Below, piece after piece: positions 36,413 to 49,065 of a stretch of 64,000 nt of DNA (its first letter is position 1; each line of letters opens with the position of its first letter). A program made the translations under genes and the position numbers. The DNA is taken from positions 97,639 through 161,638 of the forward strand of contig MCFE01000122.1 of the NCBI GenBank assembly GCA_002104905.1. The letters are read 5' to 3'. The DNA is from Basidiobolus meristosporus CBS 931.73. Its lineage: Eukaryota > Fungi > Basidiobolomycota. A model generated the notes under the pieces. It had not been told where the DNA came from. It saw only the letters and a program-made list of their open reading frames with translations, and did not search any database.

Positions 36413-37487
36413 ATGAAGGAACCGTGCTATGTTCCGACCGGGATCCCGGGTCTCTTACTGATAGAGGATTTCATCACGGAGGAAGAGGAGGCGGAGCTGA
36501 TGGCGGAAGTAGAGCGGGGGGAATGGTCTGGTCAAGGTAGCGGGTATGTGATAGGTTGAGAATTGAAAGAGGAGGGGGGGGGGGGAAGGAGGAAGTTCTT
36601 TGTCAAGTTGGCTGGCGGGCTCACCGTTTCTTTTGTACACCTCTAGACCCAATCCAGAGATGAAAAGGAGGACCCAGCACTACGGCTACGTGTTCAGCTA
36701 TCGATACAGGTAAGATCTCGGCGGGGTTCTTTTCTTGGAGGTGGAACTCGTCACGCTTGGTCTAACCCCACCGCTCCCTTTACCATACCCTAACCTTTGT
36801 TGTTTTGGCCGGCGTACGTAGAAGGGTCATGTCCAAGTTGGGCCCGTTGCCAGAACACGTCCAAGTGGTGGTGAAGAGGATGTTGGACCTCGGGGTTTTG
36901 GCCCTACCCCCTAACAGCTGTATAGTGAACGAATACCAACCAGGTCAAGGTACGGTCGCAACCAGCAAGACTCTTCTTTGCCCCCTTACTAAGGGACCCT
37001 TCTTGGTTTAGGGATCATGCCCCATATAGGTACCACCTGCACGCACTGACTTTCCTGGCACCTCTCTTGAACTGGATATTCACCTTGGTTCGCTTGCTTT
37101 AGACGCGCCCACCATCTTTGGTCCGAAGATCATCTCCCTTTCTTTGTTATCCCCCTGTCTGATGACGTTCGAGCAGGTGAAGACCCGGGAGAAGCACGAC
37201 GTGCTATTGCGTAAGTGGACCGCTGTGGTCACCTTTTGCCCCCCCCCGGCCTGGCCTACTAACCCAGCTAGATGTCAACAGGGCCGCGCTCCCTGGTGGT
37301 CATGACGGAGGCCTCCCGGTTCGACTACAAACATTCGATCTCCAAGGAGCTTGTGGAGCGATTCAAGAAGCTGACTATCGAACGAGGTAGACGGGTCTCC
37401 CTCACCTTTCGCACCATCCTATCTTGGGATGGAAAGGATTCAAGCCCAGATCCACCCACGCTAGACTCGCCCCACAAGTGCAGTTGA
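36413..37487 (+). CDS. AlkB-family 2OG-Fe(II) dioxygenase, multi-exon
   Basis: IPGLLLIEDFITEEEEAEL; RRTQHYGY; PNSCIVNEYQPGQGIMPH.D; SLSLLSPCLMTF; PRSLVVM...RFDYKHSI; RRVSLTFR. Confidence 0.9.
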
Positions 37488-37708
37488 CCAAGATTTCCCG
37501 TGCGCCGGATCCTGATGCATGTACTGCCAAGGGACAAACAATTCATTGGCATGGAGCCGAACCCGATTCATTCATTGTTGATTAGATTATGTTTGTTGAC
37601 ATCATGTTGGTGTCGATGCAATGCCCATCGATCTAGGAATAAACATCATCTTTACTTGTATGATTCCCTTTAAAATCAGCCAACTGGCCGGTGGGGAGGG
37701 CCCTGACC

Positions 37709-38176
37709 ATGAGATTCCTTCCTAGTTTACCGCTTTTGTTGGTCCTGTTGGTAGCCTTGGGTGGGATAGCAAGCTCACATCGACTGGTAAGAAGAGATCC
37801 GGGAATGAGTTTGGATGCTAAGGCGCCACCGACGTGCGGAGCAGGGGACATGGGTGAGGCGGAAAGTGGGGTGAGCGCCTACGGCAAGATCTCTTCGGAG
37901 GGAGAGGCGTTCACACGTTGCTGCGACCAGCATTTACGGTGCTACTGCACTTGCGATGGGAACATCAGTAAGCAGATGTGCGATGAAACCTTTCGCCAAT
38001 GCCTTCAGCGTGGCTGCATAGACAAGCTGGACAACAAGGGCCATTTCGAAATGCGGAGGTGTAGCACCGGTTGGTCTTGGAGCGGGCCAGGCATGGTGAA
38101 TTCCCAGGTCGCGAATTCGGTCGAGTTCTCATGCGAGCGCTACGACGAGGTCCAGGCCACCTGCTGCTCCCCATGA
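37709..38176 (+). CDS. Secreted cysteine-rich group XII phospholipase A2-like protein (155 aa) with His-Leu in place of the His-Asp dyad
   Basis: Signal peptide MRFLPSLPLLLVLLVALGGIASS; CCDQHLRCYCTC and SKQMCDETFRQCLQRGC match the PLA2G12 pattern CCxxHDxCYxxC...KxxCDxxFxxCL; 13 Cys. Confidence 0.78.
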   Translation: MRFLPSLPLLLVLLVALGGIASSHRLVRRDPGMSLDAKAPPTCGAGDMGEAESGVSAYGKISSEGEAFTRCCDQHLRCYCTCDGNISKQMCDETFRQCLQRGCIDKLDNKGHFEMRRCSTGWSWSGPGMVNSQVANSVEFSCERYDEVQATCCSP

Positions 38177-38282
38177 AAGACATACTCGGGATCCCCCAGT
38201 GTAAAATCCACTTTTCTGTAGAATAAATCGCACGGATATTTATCGGATACATTTACAGTCTGTTCTACTTCTAACGGGCAGT

Positions 38283-39329
38283 TTATTGGCGATGGAGGGA
38301 AAGAAGATCTCTGTTGTGCACCGCCATACATGCTGCGACGATGTCTGGTCTGGGAAAGAGTAGCATTTTCTTGGGGATTAGATCGAATCGGTCTGAGAGC
38401 GCCATAAGCCGGGCATATAGTGACCTCTCTCCCTAATATGCCAGCATCGCTTTAGTGCCCACCCAGGTAGCATTGTGCATAGACAACCATCCCCACGTAC
38501 CTCAAACTTGTAGAATATACTGGCGTGTTCTGACCAAGCGTGGCCTAGAATGCAATAAAGGCGAAAGGCAATCCCGCGAAAGTATTTCTGATACTTCTCC
38601 TTCACATAGACCCTGACGAAACATTGCTTAGGAACAGCTGTTAGGAGAAGAGTTGCATGAAGGCTACCTGCTTGGGAAATGCTTGTCGCTGTTAAGCAGC
38701 GCTGTGACCCGATCAAGGTTGTGGACTGCATAATTCATCGGACAGCACTTTACACTACAACCATGAGACACGTGTGTGGACACAATCGAACTCTATCGAA
38801 AGATACTCGCCTCTTGCGGGGTAGAATGAGCACCGCAGAAAACCACCGATTCCTCTATATACATATATATGCAATTACCATCCACACACTCCTCTTGGAG
38901 TAGCACAAGCAGATAATTCATTTCCAGGCATATCTGTCTAGATTGAAGAGAGTTGAGCCTCTTTGGGACTTCCGGGGCAGGGTTTTCCGGGATTTACCTA
39001 AAATGCTCGTACTCCCATACATATGGGCTCTGTTTCTCCGGGACCTCCATCAGCTTGTTGATATTGGTAGGCTCGTCACGAACCAGCAGCTGCAGATACT
39101 CTTGACAGGCGAACATCGGATCAAGCTCGGAAAACTTGGGCGCCTTCCACTTGTAAGCATCCTAGTACAGATAGTCGGGGGATATTAGTCGGTCACGTCT
39201 GGAAACGGTGTCCGTCCGAAGCAACGTATACGCACACAACACTCATATTACCTTGAACTTCGTTCCTGGGCGATTTCGGCGCAGGGGTGGAGCATCCGTG
39301 TCTTCTTTCTTGCATTTCTTGTTCTCCAT
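38283..39329 (-). CDS. MOB4: MOB4/phocein (STRIPAK subunit), multi-exon
   Basis: LRRNRPGTKF / DAYKW...FACQEYLQLLVR...VWEYEHL; CAHSTPQECSAVQYIMHTLD...LLNSDKHFPS; FRLYCILGHAWSEH. Confidence 0.92.
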
Positions 39330-39745
39330 GACACGACTGGCTGTATGTTCTGCTTGGAAAAACGGGGGTTTCTATGGGCTCAGCAAAGCAGGTCAGGACG
39401 TGGTTGTGCCCGTGAATGTCACCGATGCCACATAAACCAGTCCCCCACTGGGAGATCACATGACGTCACAACCATGACTGTGGATCAGACGAGAGAAAAG
39501 GGAGATTGTTTACCCAATGAGAACGACGGGCAGCGATTTTTTTTTTGCGGCCCTTTTGTGTAGTCGGGGGTGGAAATGGGTGGAGGGCCGATCGCGGTGG
39601 ATATTTGAGCGGATTCGGGTGGCTAGTTCTGTCTTTCCTTTCTACACCGCAGAACTTGGACCATTATGTAAGTATCATCGGATGGCCTGATGCCATCCAT
39701 CCACTACCCGATGAACGTCGATTAACATTTTCGCTTCCAGTCAAG

Positions 39746-40558
39746 ATGTCTCGCTTGCCTGCCGCCCTTAACGCTACCGAAGAGGATATCCAACTCCTCC
39801 TCTCCGCCCAAGCCCACATTGGTACCAAGAACTGCGAGGTTGCCATGCAACCTTATATCTGGAAGCGTCGTGCCGACGGTATCAACATCATCAATGTTGG
39901 TAAGACCTGGGAGAAGCTTGTCCTTGCTGCCCGTATCATTGCCACCATCGAGAACCCCGCCGATGTTGTTATCATCTCTGCTCGTCCCTATGGTCAACGT
40001 GCTGCTTTGAAGTTCGCTTCTTACACCGGTGCCCAAGCCATCTCTGGCCGTTTCACCCCTGGTACCTTCACCAACTACAACACCCGTGCCTTCAAGGAGC
40101 CCCGTTTGATCATTGTTACTGATCCCCGTACCGATCATCAAGCCATCACTGAGGCTTCCTATGTCAACATCCCAGTCATCGCCCTTTGCGATACTGATGC
40201 TCCTTTGAAGCACGTTGACTGTGCCATCCCCGTCAACAACAAGGGTAAGCACTCCATTGGTTTGGCCTTCTGGATGTTGGCTCGTGAGGTCCTCCGTCTC
40301 CGCGGTACCCTTACCCGTGACGCCGCCTGGGACGTCATGGTTGATATGTTCTTCTACCGTGACCCCGAAGAGGCTGAGAAGGAAGCCGCTGAGGCCGCCG
40401 AGAAGGAAGGTAACTGGGAAGCTCCCGCTGAAACCGCCGACTGGGATGTTGCCGGTGATGCCACCGCCGTTGCTGCCGTCGCCGCCGCTGACTGGAGCGC
40501 CGAGCCCTCTGACTGGACTTCCGAGACTCCTGCCGGTCAATCTTCCTGGGATGCTTAA
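39746..40558 (+). CDS. RPS0: 40S ribosomal protein S0/uS2 (single coding exon; 5'-UTR intron 39668-39740)
   Basis: [29 protein letters not shown]...[10 protein letters not shown]...[34 protein letters not shown]; acidic DW-repeat tail. Confidence 0.98.
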   Translation: MSRLPAALNATEEDIQLLLSAQAHIGTKNCEVAMQPYIWKRRADGINIINVGKTWEKLVLAARIIATIENPADVVIISARPYGQRAALKFASYTGAQAISGRFTPGTFTNYNTRAFKEPRLIIVTDPRTDHQAITEASYVNIPVIALCDTDAPLKHVDCAIPVNNKGKHSIGLAFWMLAREVLRLRGTLTRDAAWDVMVDMFFYRDPEEAEKEAAEAAEKEGNWEAPAETADWDVAGDATAVAAVAAADWSAEPSDWTSETPAGQSSWDA

Positions 40559-40980
40559 GTATCTTATAGAATTCTATAAGATTAGAACTTGCTCGCTACT
40601 GAAACCCCTTGTATTCAGAAAGCATTCCCTTTTGATATAAAATAAAGACGCATAATTGTTCATCACTTGGTGCTAACAATACTCGAATGAAGATGGCTTA
40701 CAATCACCCGAAGTATGTATTAATTATGGGAATTCATGTGAATGACATATCCACTTGTCTTAAATACGCTAATTCCTGTTTCGAATCCCTTTTGTTGATG
40801 GTGTAGCCCATTCAATCATGTGGGTTAAGTCTCTGGAGGTGATGCGTTAGTGTGATGCGTTCCTCAGGACCTCAATCTTAGCGAAATCTCATATAGAACA
40901 AAGTCCAATACATTTTATTGATTTGAAATATGTAGAAAATGTATTAAGGTGGTGGTTAAGGTAGAAAGATTCCGAGCAAT

Positions 40981-41468
40981 TTAGAATCTAAGCTTGGTGA
41001 AGAACCACTTGTTCTTGCCGGTGACATAGCGTTCCTCGAAGATCTTCTTGACGTTCTTCTTGGCGGCGTTTCTTTGGGTGGGTTCGGCGAAAGATTCGGA
41101 AGTAACGGCCTTCTTGAGCTCTTCGAGTTCAAGTCCATAACGGGTAGGCATGATGTGGTTGTAGTTGACAACCTTGACGAAAGGCTTGACCTTGGAGCGC
41201 TTGGAGATACGCTTCTTGCCCATGGACTTGTTGACCTTCAATGGGTATCTCTCAACCCCGGCAACAATGGCGTGACCATAGGGACGTTCCTTGGTGCCCT
41301 CATCGAAGTTCTTGATGACGACGACCTTTTTACCGGCGTAACGACCTTGGAGAATGATAGCGACCTACAGAAGACATAGATATGAGTCCACTTTGTTCGC
41401 GACGAGGATGGATGTATGGCGATCATGGTTCGAATAAAACTGACCTTGCCAGGCTTGATGAACTTCAT
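40981..41468 (-). CDS. RPL27: 60S ribosomal protein L27/eL27, one intron
   Basis: MKFIKPGKV / [14 protein letters not shown]...[37 protein letters not shown]...WFFTKLRF. Confidence 0.97.
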
Positions 41469-42035
41469 TGTGTAAGGAGTAAGAGAAGGAAGAAAGAAAG
41501 TGGGAACTCGGCTGGGTCAAAAGGAATTCCGATCTCCGCCAGGATCAGCCTGCCACCCATCCAGCCAAAACGAAAATCAAAAAGAAAAAAATCTTTTTTT
41601 CCGAGATTCCATTATCCTCGCTTAATTCCCACTCCATCCTTGTACATTAGTCGATCATAGAACCATGGCTCGATTGTTTTAGCAGCGGCTAATAAAAAGG
41701 CTGGTGTTTAAGCAGCAGCTAATGAAAAAGTTGATTTAACTTATCTACATGGTGCATTGCATTTTATTTCCAAGCGGTTGATTGGCCTACAGAAACCAGG
41801 AAAAGTAAACAAGTGTTCATGAGCAGATCTATTGAATTGGGTGGATTCTGGGCTTAGTTTGCTCATAACTCCCTGATGATACGCAATAACTTCATCTTAT
41901 GATCTCACAGCTGGATGCTAACCAAGCATACAAATATCCAGCCAAATAACCCCACAGTCGTCACTCTCTTTGGTCCCGCACTCCCTAGATTCTTTTGTGG
42001 CTGTCCATCACCTCTATTCCACGCAGCAACCGAAC

Positions 42036-43052
42036 ATGGCTCCTATCGCAACTCTATACCTTTGTCGCCACGGGGAAACCGATCTGAATCGAAAGCTAGT
42101 GCTTCAAGGCCGTGGTGTGAATGCTCCCCTGAATCAGATCGGGCGTCAGCAAGCAGCCCTCCTAGGCGAGTGGTTTAAGGACATTCAAGTGGATGTTTTA
42201 TGCGCTTCCACTCTGATGGTAAGTGAGGTAGCAAAGTGTCTTCCTTCGATGGCTGGACTATTCACCCGCGTTCCATAGCGAGCTCAACAGACAGCTGCTG
42301 AAATCCGTAAGCAACACCCGGACGCTCAGTACAAGGTATGTCGGACAAAAACAAACCACCGGTCGCACGCCTCGCTCCTATCTGACCTTTGTTGACCAAC
42401 AATAGGAATATCCAGGGATCTGCGAGCTTGATTTCGGTAAGCGAGAGGGCTACGAGTTTGATGAATCGTTGGATGCGTTGCTCGACAAATGGAACCTTGA
42501 TAAAGACTTTGATGGCAAGTCCGGTATTTTCAAACGGCTGGTGGCTACCGTTCTTTAGTAACCTTTCCCGTTTCGAATCTTCCAATACTATAGCCAAATT
42601 CGAGGGCGGCGAATCTCCACGCGATGTAGAGAATCGAGCCCTCCCTACCATCGCGAAGATCATCGAAAGTGTTCCAGAAGGTGTCTCACAACCTGGAGTT
42701 GTCGCAGTCAGTAAGTAAAGGCAAGTAATGACCTTAGCCTGGGCGCAACATTGACGGGTGATTTCTAGTCCACGGAAGACTCCTTCGTATTCTTCTCTCC
42801 AGTATTCTCTGCGGGAACCTTCATGAGATGCCAGCCTTTTCACACAGCAACACCTGCGTAAACGTGATCCATGTATATCGAGCTGATGATGCTGAACTTC
42901 AGACCATCGATAACCACGAGTACCAGCAACAGGATCCGAAGCTCCGCGCCAACTACCCCGAGTCACCACAGCGGAAACTGCTGGACATGTATCGCTTTGT
43001 TCCAGTCAAGTTGAATTCCACCGAGCATCTGAAGGGATTCGAAGTTCTATAG
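42036..43052 (+). CDS. Histidine phosphatase / phosphoglycerate mutase-like protein, multi-exon
   Basis: LYLCRHGETDLN...LQG; STLM-RAQQTA; ELDFG; GGESP; HGRLLRILL; HSNTCVN. Confidence 0.92.
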
Positions 43053-43597
43053 AGATATCCAAGCCGAGTTAGCTACTGTATATACCAGATACTAGTCTTG
43101 TGTGCAAGCTTAGTGCAATAGTCTTTCGCAGTGTGGTCAACGTTCAAATGAAGATTTCATAGAAAATATCGCACATGTAGTAGTGGATTGAGTTGTGGAA
43201 GCTGGCTGGCGATATGCGAGACCAGGTGTAACTACATCCAGCTTGACGACGATTGTCCCTATGACTTGGGGATATCCCGCGTTCGCACGAGTCAGTTGAC
43301 TCATCGACGGGAAAATCATGATTTCAATGAATCATTTTGAAGGGGTCTAAATATTGCTTGAATGCTACCGGTTTTAATCTTTAAATGAATCGAGTAGGTG
43401 GTTGGAGTAACGTTGGTCTGGTTATTGAGATGTTGTAGTTTATCTTGTGTGTGTGTGTGATTTCACAATCCAGTTGTAGTTTGGAGCGAAGGGGAATGAT
43501 CCGGGGGAATTTCGCGCGCCAGCAGCTATAAAGGCCCGCGGGAAGGGTAAATGGCCACCGAACTCCCCCGATCTCCCAGTTGTAAAGCAGAATACCC

Positions 43598-45055
43598 ATG
43601 CCAGAGCCGCCACTTGATGTTGGGAAGACGGAGGGTGAGAAAGTTGCGGCCTTTCGCGAGTCGACGGAGGCAGCTAATCCGCCAGATGGTGGATTTGGAT
43701 GGTTTGTGTTGCTGGGGAGCTTTCTTATACACTTCTCGGCCCTGGGAACGCAGTACACCTACGGCATCTACCAAGAATACTATTTCACCATTCTTTTTCA
43801 AGGACAGGTGAAGGCCTCGACCTTGTCGCTGATCGGCACGCTGTCCACATCGATCATGTCCGTATTGGGGATTTTCACTGGCAAACTCACCGATAGATAC
43901 GGCTATCGCACCATCGAATTTATTGGAAGTGTGTTTGTGACTGGTGGGCTTGTCGCGGCTTCCTTCTCACGCGAGGTAACCATTTCTCCTTCTCTTTGCC
44001 GGCCAAAGGAATTCAAAGTAAAGTGGTACCTGTAGGTATGGCAGCTTTACCTGACCCAGGGTGTGCTATGTGGGGTCGGCACATCGTTTTGCTTTTACCC
44101 GGCGGTTAGCATACCAGCCCAGTGGTTCAGCAAGCGACGCGGACTCGCAACTGGGATTGCTGTAGCGGGCACCGGCATCGGCGGGCTGGTTTTGAGCCCG
44201 CTCACCAGGAAACTGATTGACTCTGCTGGGATACGATGGACTCTAAGGATTATGGGGATCGGTGCATTCGTAGTGTTGCTGGTGGGATGTGCATTGCTGC
44301 GCACCCGGGTGACTCCAGGAGCACGTGGGGAACTGAACAAATCAACCCTTTTCAAAGACCTCAATTTCCAACTGATGTTTGCTAGTGGGACCATCCTAGG
44401 CCTTGGATATATGGTCCCGCTTTTCTATATCCCATGTGAGTGCAGTGGCATGTCCTCCCATTGTAGTGTTGTTCTAACGTATGCCTATGTTTAGCTTACG
44501 CCGTGGATCAGGGCCTAAGCACATCCCAAGGTGCCCTGCTCGTTGGGATCGTGAATGCGACCTCAGCCGCCGGGCGAATCGTGCTTGGGTCAGTGGCCGA
44601 TAAGGTTGGCCGAGTGAACATGCTTTTTGTATGCATTGCGATCAGCTCCTTGGATATCCTACTGTTTTGGAACTTCGCCCGCCAATTCGCAGCAATCGCT
44701 GGCTTCGTAATTCTGTACGGCTTCTTTGCTGGAGGATACATCAGCCTGATCCCGGTCGTTACCGCGGATCTATTTGGTTAGTCGACTAGATATCCGATCA
44801 CTACTCTTCAGGACTAATCCAGCTCAATCCATGTCAGGTGTTCAAGGCATTGCCACCACCACTGGCCTAGTATATGCGTCTTCTGGTATCGGCTATTTGA
44901 TCGGGATTCCAGTGGCTGGGGTGATTCTGGACTCCACTGGCCCGAGGCGAGCATACACCGGAGTGATTATCTTTGCTGGGGCAACCATGTTCGTCGGGGC
45001 CCTGCTTCTGCTCACGATGGGGATGTATAGACGCCGCAGAGCACTGCAGGGTTAA
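43598..45055 (+). CDS. MFS monocarboxylate transporter (MCT/Mch family), multi-exon
   Basis: PPDGGFGWFVLLGSF; GKLTDRYGYR; QWFSKRRGLATGIAVAGTGIGG; GRIVLGSVADKVGR. Confidence 0.94.
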
Positions 45056-45185
45056 ATGTCTAGTAATGACCAGAAGAGCGAGTGTCTAGTAATGAACAGA
45101 AGGGTGTTTATTGGCGTGTTGAATGATAGATTGAAATGCTGCAGTTTATTGGTATGTTGAATGAAGTTCGATAATCAGACTGCGT

Positions 45186-46137
45186 TCAATCGATTTTTTT
45201 GGTTCTTCTTCTGCCGGGGGCCTTTGGTGAAGAAGGGGCTGACCCACTGGGGCTGGATGGTTTGGTGGGTTTGGTAGCGGCGGCTGGGGTGGCCGGTTCG
45301 TTTTTGTAAATCCGATACACAACCAACCCGGTAATGCCAGAAATAACAAGTACAACGATCATGGGGGAAATATTCCCGGGGACGATCTTCTGGATGGTCG
45401 CTTGAAGGAAGCCTATGAAGCCGAACATGCTCCCACTACAGATGTTCTGTTAGCGTTGTTTTGGTGGCGCTGCATATGACGCTTTGTACTTACAAAATCC
45501 CGTTCGGGGAGAAGACACCACTCCAAATCTCCATATCCTTCCATTTCTCCTCATTCAATGCGGTAAAGATCTCCTCGTGTTGAAGAGTGGTGTTCCATGT
45601 GCGAACTATAGGTTGAAGTTGTTTGGAAAGGTGAGTGAGGGTAGACAGGGACTACCGGGAACTAAGCCATTCACTTACTCGCACCATCGTGAATAAAGTA
45701 AACACTAGGCAGTCTAGGCGGTGGAAAATAAGTTTTAGTCAAGAGGGTAGTCAGAGTGCTCCTTCGAATCGGGCACCTACCTGGTGATGAAAAATCTCAA
45801 TGTCAAGCTTGGGTTTTCGTCAACGTTCACCTTGCCAAGGTTGACAGCAGGGGAGATCTCGTCGATCTGATGGGACAGTTGATAGAATTCTCCTTCCAGA
45901 CGACGGCAAACACCACACCAGTCAGCATAACTAAAGAAGCCAAAAATGAGTATACTCCTTAGAAATCGAGAATCTGGCCCCTTACAAATCAACGACCCAT
46001 CTCGAGTCTTTGGTCACTAGCTCATCGAAGTTAGAGTCAGTGAGCTTAACGATATCACGGGCCTGGGCGTGAGGCAGTGCGCTGAACAGCAAGGCTACGG
46101 CAAATAAAAAAGCGAGCAAGCGGGGTCTGAACGCCAT
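45186..46137 (-). CDS. Thioredoxin-related transmembrane protein (TMX/PDI-like, CGVC), multi-exon
   Basis: Signal peptide MAFRPRLLAFLFAVALL; LTDSNFDELV; YADWCGVCRRL; GKVNVDENPSL..RFFITRLP; C-terminal TM helix and basic RRRTKKID tail. Confidence 0.88.
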
Positions 46138-46222
46138 ACTATACAAGGTGGAGGAAAAACAAAAGGGAGGTTTCGGTGGGCTAAAAATGAAAGGGATCAC
46201 CATGAAAAATCCATCATCATGG

Positions 46223-46331
46223 ACAAAGATTTAATCATCAATAGGTGGGATTTACAGAGACTTAATCGAGAATAATGTGGGATTTAAACAAAGATTTAGT
46301 CGTCAATAAGTGGGATTTAAACAAAGATTTA
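46223..46331. repeat. Three degenerate 32-33-bp direct repeats (core GTGGGATTTA..ACAAAGATTTA)
   Basis: GTGGGATTTA starts at 46245, 46277 and 46310. Confidence 0.8.
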
Positions 46332-46697
46332 TTAAAGAAAATTTCGAAAGACTGGCAAATTCGCCTCAATTGCTTTGCGCCGAGAGATCGGTTTACGAAA
46401 GAGCCTGTGGTATACATCAAAGACAGATCAACAACATCTATTCCTCATCCACAATCAGCCAAACAGATAAAACTGGAATGAAAAGGGTGCAGGGCCATAC
46501 GTCTTTACTCGTTGTTGGCGTGAGGCGGAGCGGAGTTCAATACATCCTCTAGACTCTTATGCCTGCACAGTTCGGTGAGCACCTGCTCGTCTACCGGCAA
46601 GACTGACTTGCGTCGACCATAGGTAGGGATAACAGGTTTGTCTGGGTCAGGTTGCTCCTAAATTACACAAACGCTCAGTCACAGTGAAGATGGCGTG

Positions 46698-49065
46698 TCA
46701 TTCATTGATACTGACCAGTTCCTTGGTAAACAGATCCAAGTTCTCCAGATCCGAATTAACCATTCTAGAATTGTCTGTGATGATGGCCCCGGGGACTGGC
46801 AAAGCTACGTCCAATGGATGACGATTATTACAAGCGCATATTAAGCAGCCATCGACCAAACCTACCGGGTGCGTTGAGCGACGGGATGCCTGCGTTGGAA
46901 AACGAGGGTTGCTGCGATGATAGTGCCATCGCATTCCTAGCAGCTTCCGCCTCCAACCGTCTCCAGACCTCTTCTTTGTACTTCTTCTTTTGAGGCTCCC
47001 TGCGCAAACGGGTGAGTTTCGGTTTAACGTGCGATTACTGCTCGATACTCTGTACTTACAGTTGGACCTTCTGTTTGTAGTGAAGAACGCACTCATCGAA
47101 CAGCCTGGGGCTCATCTCCATGAATATTTTGAGGGCATTGTAAACTAAACCATGGATGGTCCTAAGCAAGAGGGTAAGCAGCGGTGCTCGAACTCAAACT
47201 GGCGCGTCCCGTACCTATTCCAATGCATCTTGGAGTTTTGATAAAGCGACGGAAACATGATCGGAAGAATGATTCGAATGTTGTCGCTGATCAAATTCAC
47301 AATGTAGTCGTTGTTCCAATAGCACAGCGCTCTCTCTGCCACCTATTCCCACAAAGGCGTTAAGGGAGGCGCTGGATTGCCTGCGAGGGAGATGGACACA
47401 TACCTGGAAGTGGGGACTAGATACGCATCGGGCAATCTGGTGAAACATCGGTACCTGTACCTTCACAAATTCTTGCGGTTCCATTATGTCCAAGATCTCC
47501 TCGAGCTCATTAAGATACATCACCTCCTTGGGGCTGTTGACCTTGGGCCAGTAGCGAAGCAGACCACCCACGACCTATTCCACCTTGGTCAATATCACTC
47601 TTAATGAAGCAGCCTAGATGCCAACTTTACCACTTCAGTTAACGAGGGGTCCTTCTCCATGAATTGAACCACGCAGTAGGCAAGCTGGGGGTGATAAAGC
47701 CCCAGAGACTTGACTTTGTGAAGCGGAATCAATACGCGGCTTAGGAATTGCTTATGTTCTTCTTTTAGGGGCAAGGCAAAGCCGTTGATGATGCTGCAAG
47801 AGACGCGTGTTAACAGGTGTTCGCACGAAAATTCCTTTCCCACACAAGCAGGCTCTACCTTCCCAAGATCTCTAGCAATTCCGCGACGCCGTTGTGACGC
47901 TCGGTCTCGTAGACGAATTGGAAGAATATATTGTTGATTGACCGGCGAATAAACGCCCGAAGGTTGAGGAATTTGCCGTAGATACGATGTAGTGTAGTCT
48001 TCAGATAGTCCCGCTCTCTAGGATCTTCACTATCAAAGATTTCTAGTAGCTACAATGTGGTTCAGCGAACCGAGTCTCGTGTATGGCGGAGCAAATGCGG
48101 AAGCGTACCTGAAGAATGAATCTTTGATCGATGTATCTCTTGGCAATGTTGGTATTGAATTCTGGGGACTCGACAAATCGCAAGAACAGTTCATAAACCA
48201 CTTGGAGATGCGGCCAAGCAAGCTCCAGAATCGGTTCGTCTTCCTCCGGATCAAAGGCATCCCCCGTGGGATTGATTCGAGGTGGGATGGTTCTGAAGAG
48301 ATTGATTGCAAACTGCCGGTTCACTGGTGAGTCTTCGGGCTATTCAATCATGAGCAAACGCAAATGGTAGTTACCACATTGATGATTGCGGGATACACTG
48401 GCTCTGTGATAACCCCTTTGTTTGTGGTGATATACTCTACGAGCTCCGCAAGAACTTGACGCTTGATCTCTTTCGCTTGCAGATCGGCCATGGCATCAGT
48501 GAAGTCGAAGATGAGCGTACACTGCTGTAGCTTCTTTAAAAACAACTCCTGTCTTTCGATAGGACTAATAATGTCTGGTGGGAGAGATCATTCGAGGTTT
48601 GCTTAGTACACTTACTACCAACGACCATCCGGGTAAGCTTACCTCTTAAATTGGATAGCCTCTCTATTTCTCTCCGCTGGCTTGGCCGAATGCGCGAAGA
48701 GCTCTGTCGTCGTGGGGTTTTAGTAGTTGGGATGTTACTCGAAAGACTCTTGATACGGTTTAGAGGTCCGCTCTTGGGAATTTCTTTGTTCTCTAAGTTC
48801 ATTGGATGATTACCTGTGGGGCTAGGTGGGGTTTTAGGGTTTGAGATCTGTCAGCGGCGGTAGATTGCATTATGGTGGAGGGCAAGAAATATACTTTGTG
48901 AGAAAATCGCGACAGCATGGGTACTAGAAAATCCCTTACCTTTTGTGTAGGGGAGTTTTGGCCCTCGGGACTCTCGAGATGGGAGAGTTCTGACGGCTTT
49001 GGATGGGACGTAGGAGTATTCTTGGAAGGGGAAGGGGCCTTGTTTGGGCTGGTGTTTGTGTTCAT
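46698..49065 (-). CDS. RTS1: PP2A regulatory subunit B'/B56, multi-exon
   Basis: [12 protein letters not shown]...[15 protein letters not shown]; [27 protein letters not shown]; [24 protein letters not shown]; [12 protein letters not shown]. Confidence 0.96.

Noticed and set aside
36574-36586. Poly-G run in an AlkB intron
   Set aside because: Single homopolymer with no further support for function.
39722-40540. 272-aa antisense ORF over RPS0
   Set aside because: Typical shadow frame of a strongly codon-biased ribosomal protein gene.
40800-40880. Possible snoRNA between RPS0 and RPL27 (repeated GTGATGCG)
   Set aside because: No canonical RTGATGA plus CTGA box pair with terminal stem could be identified.
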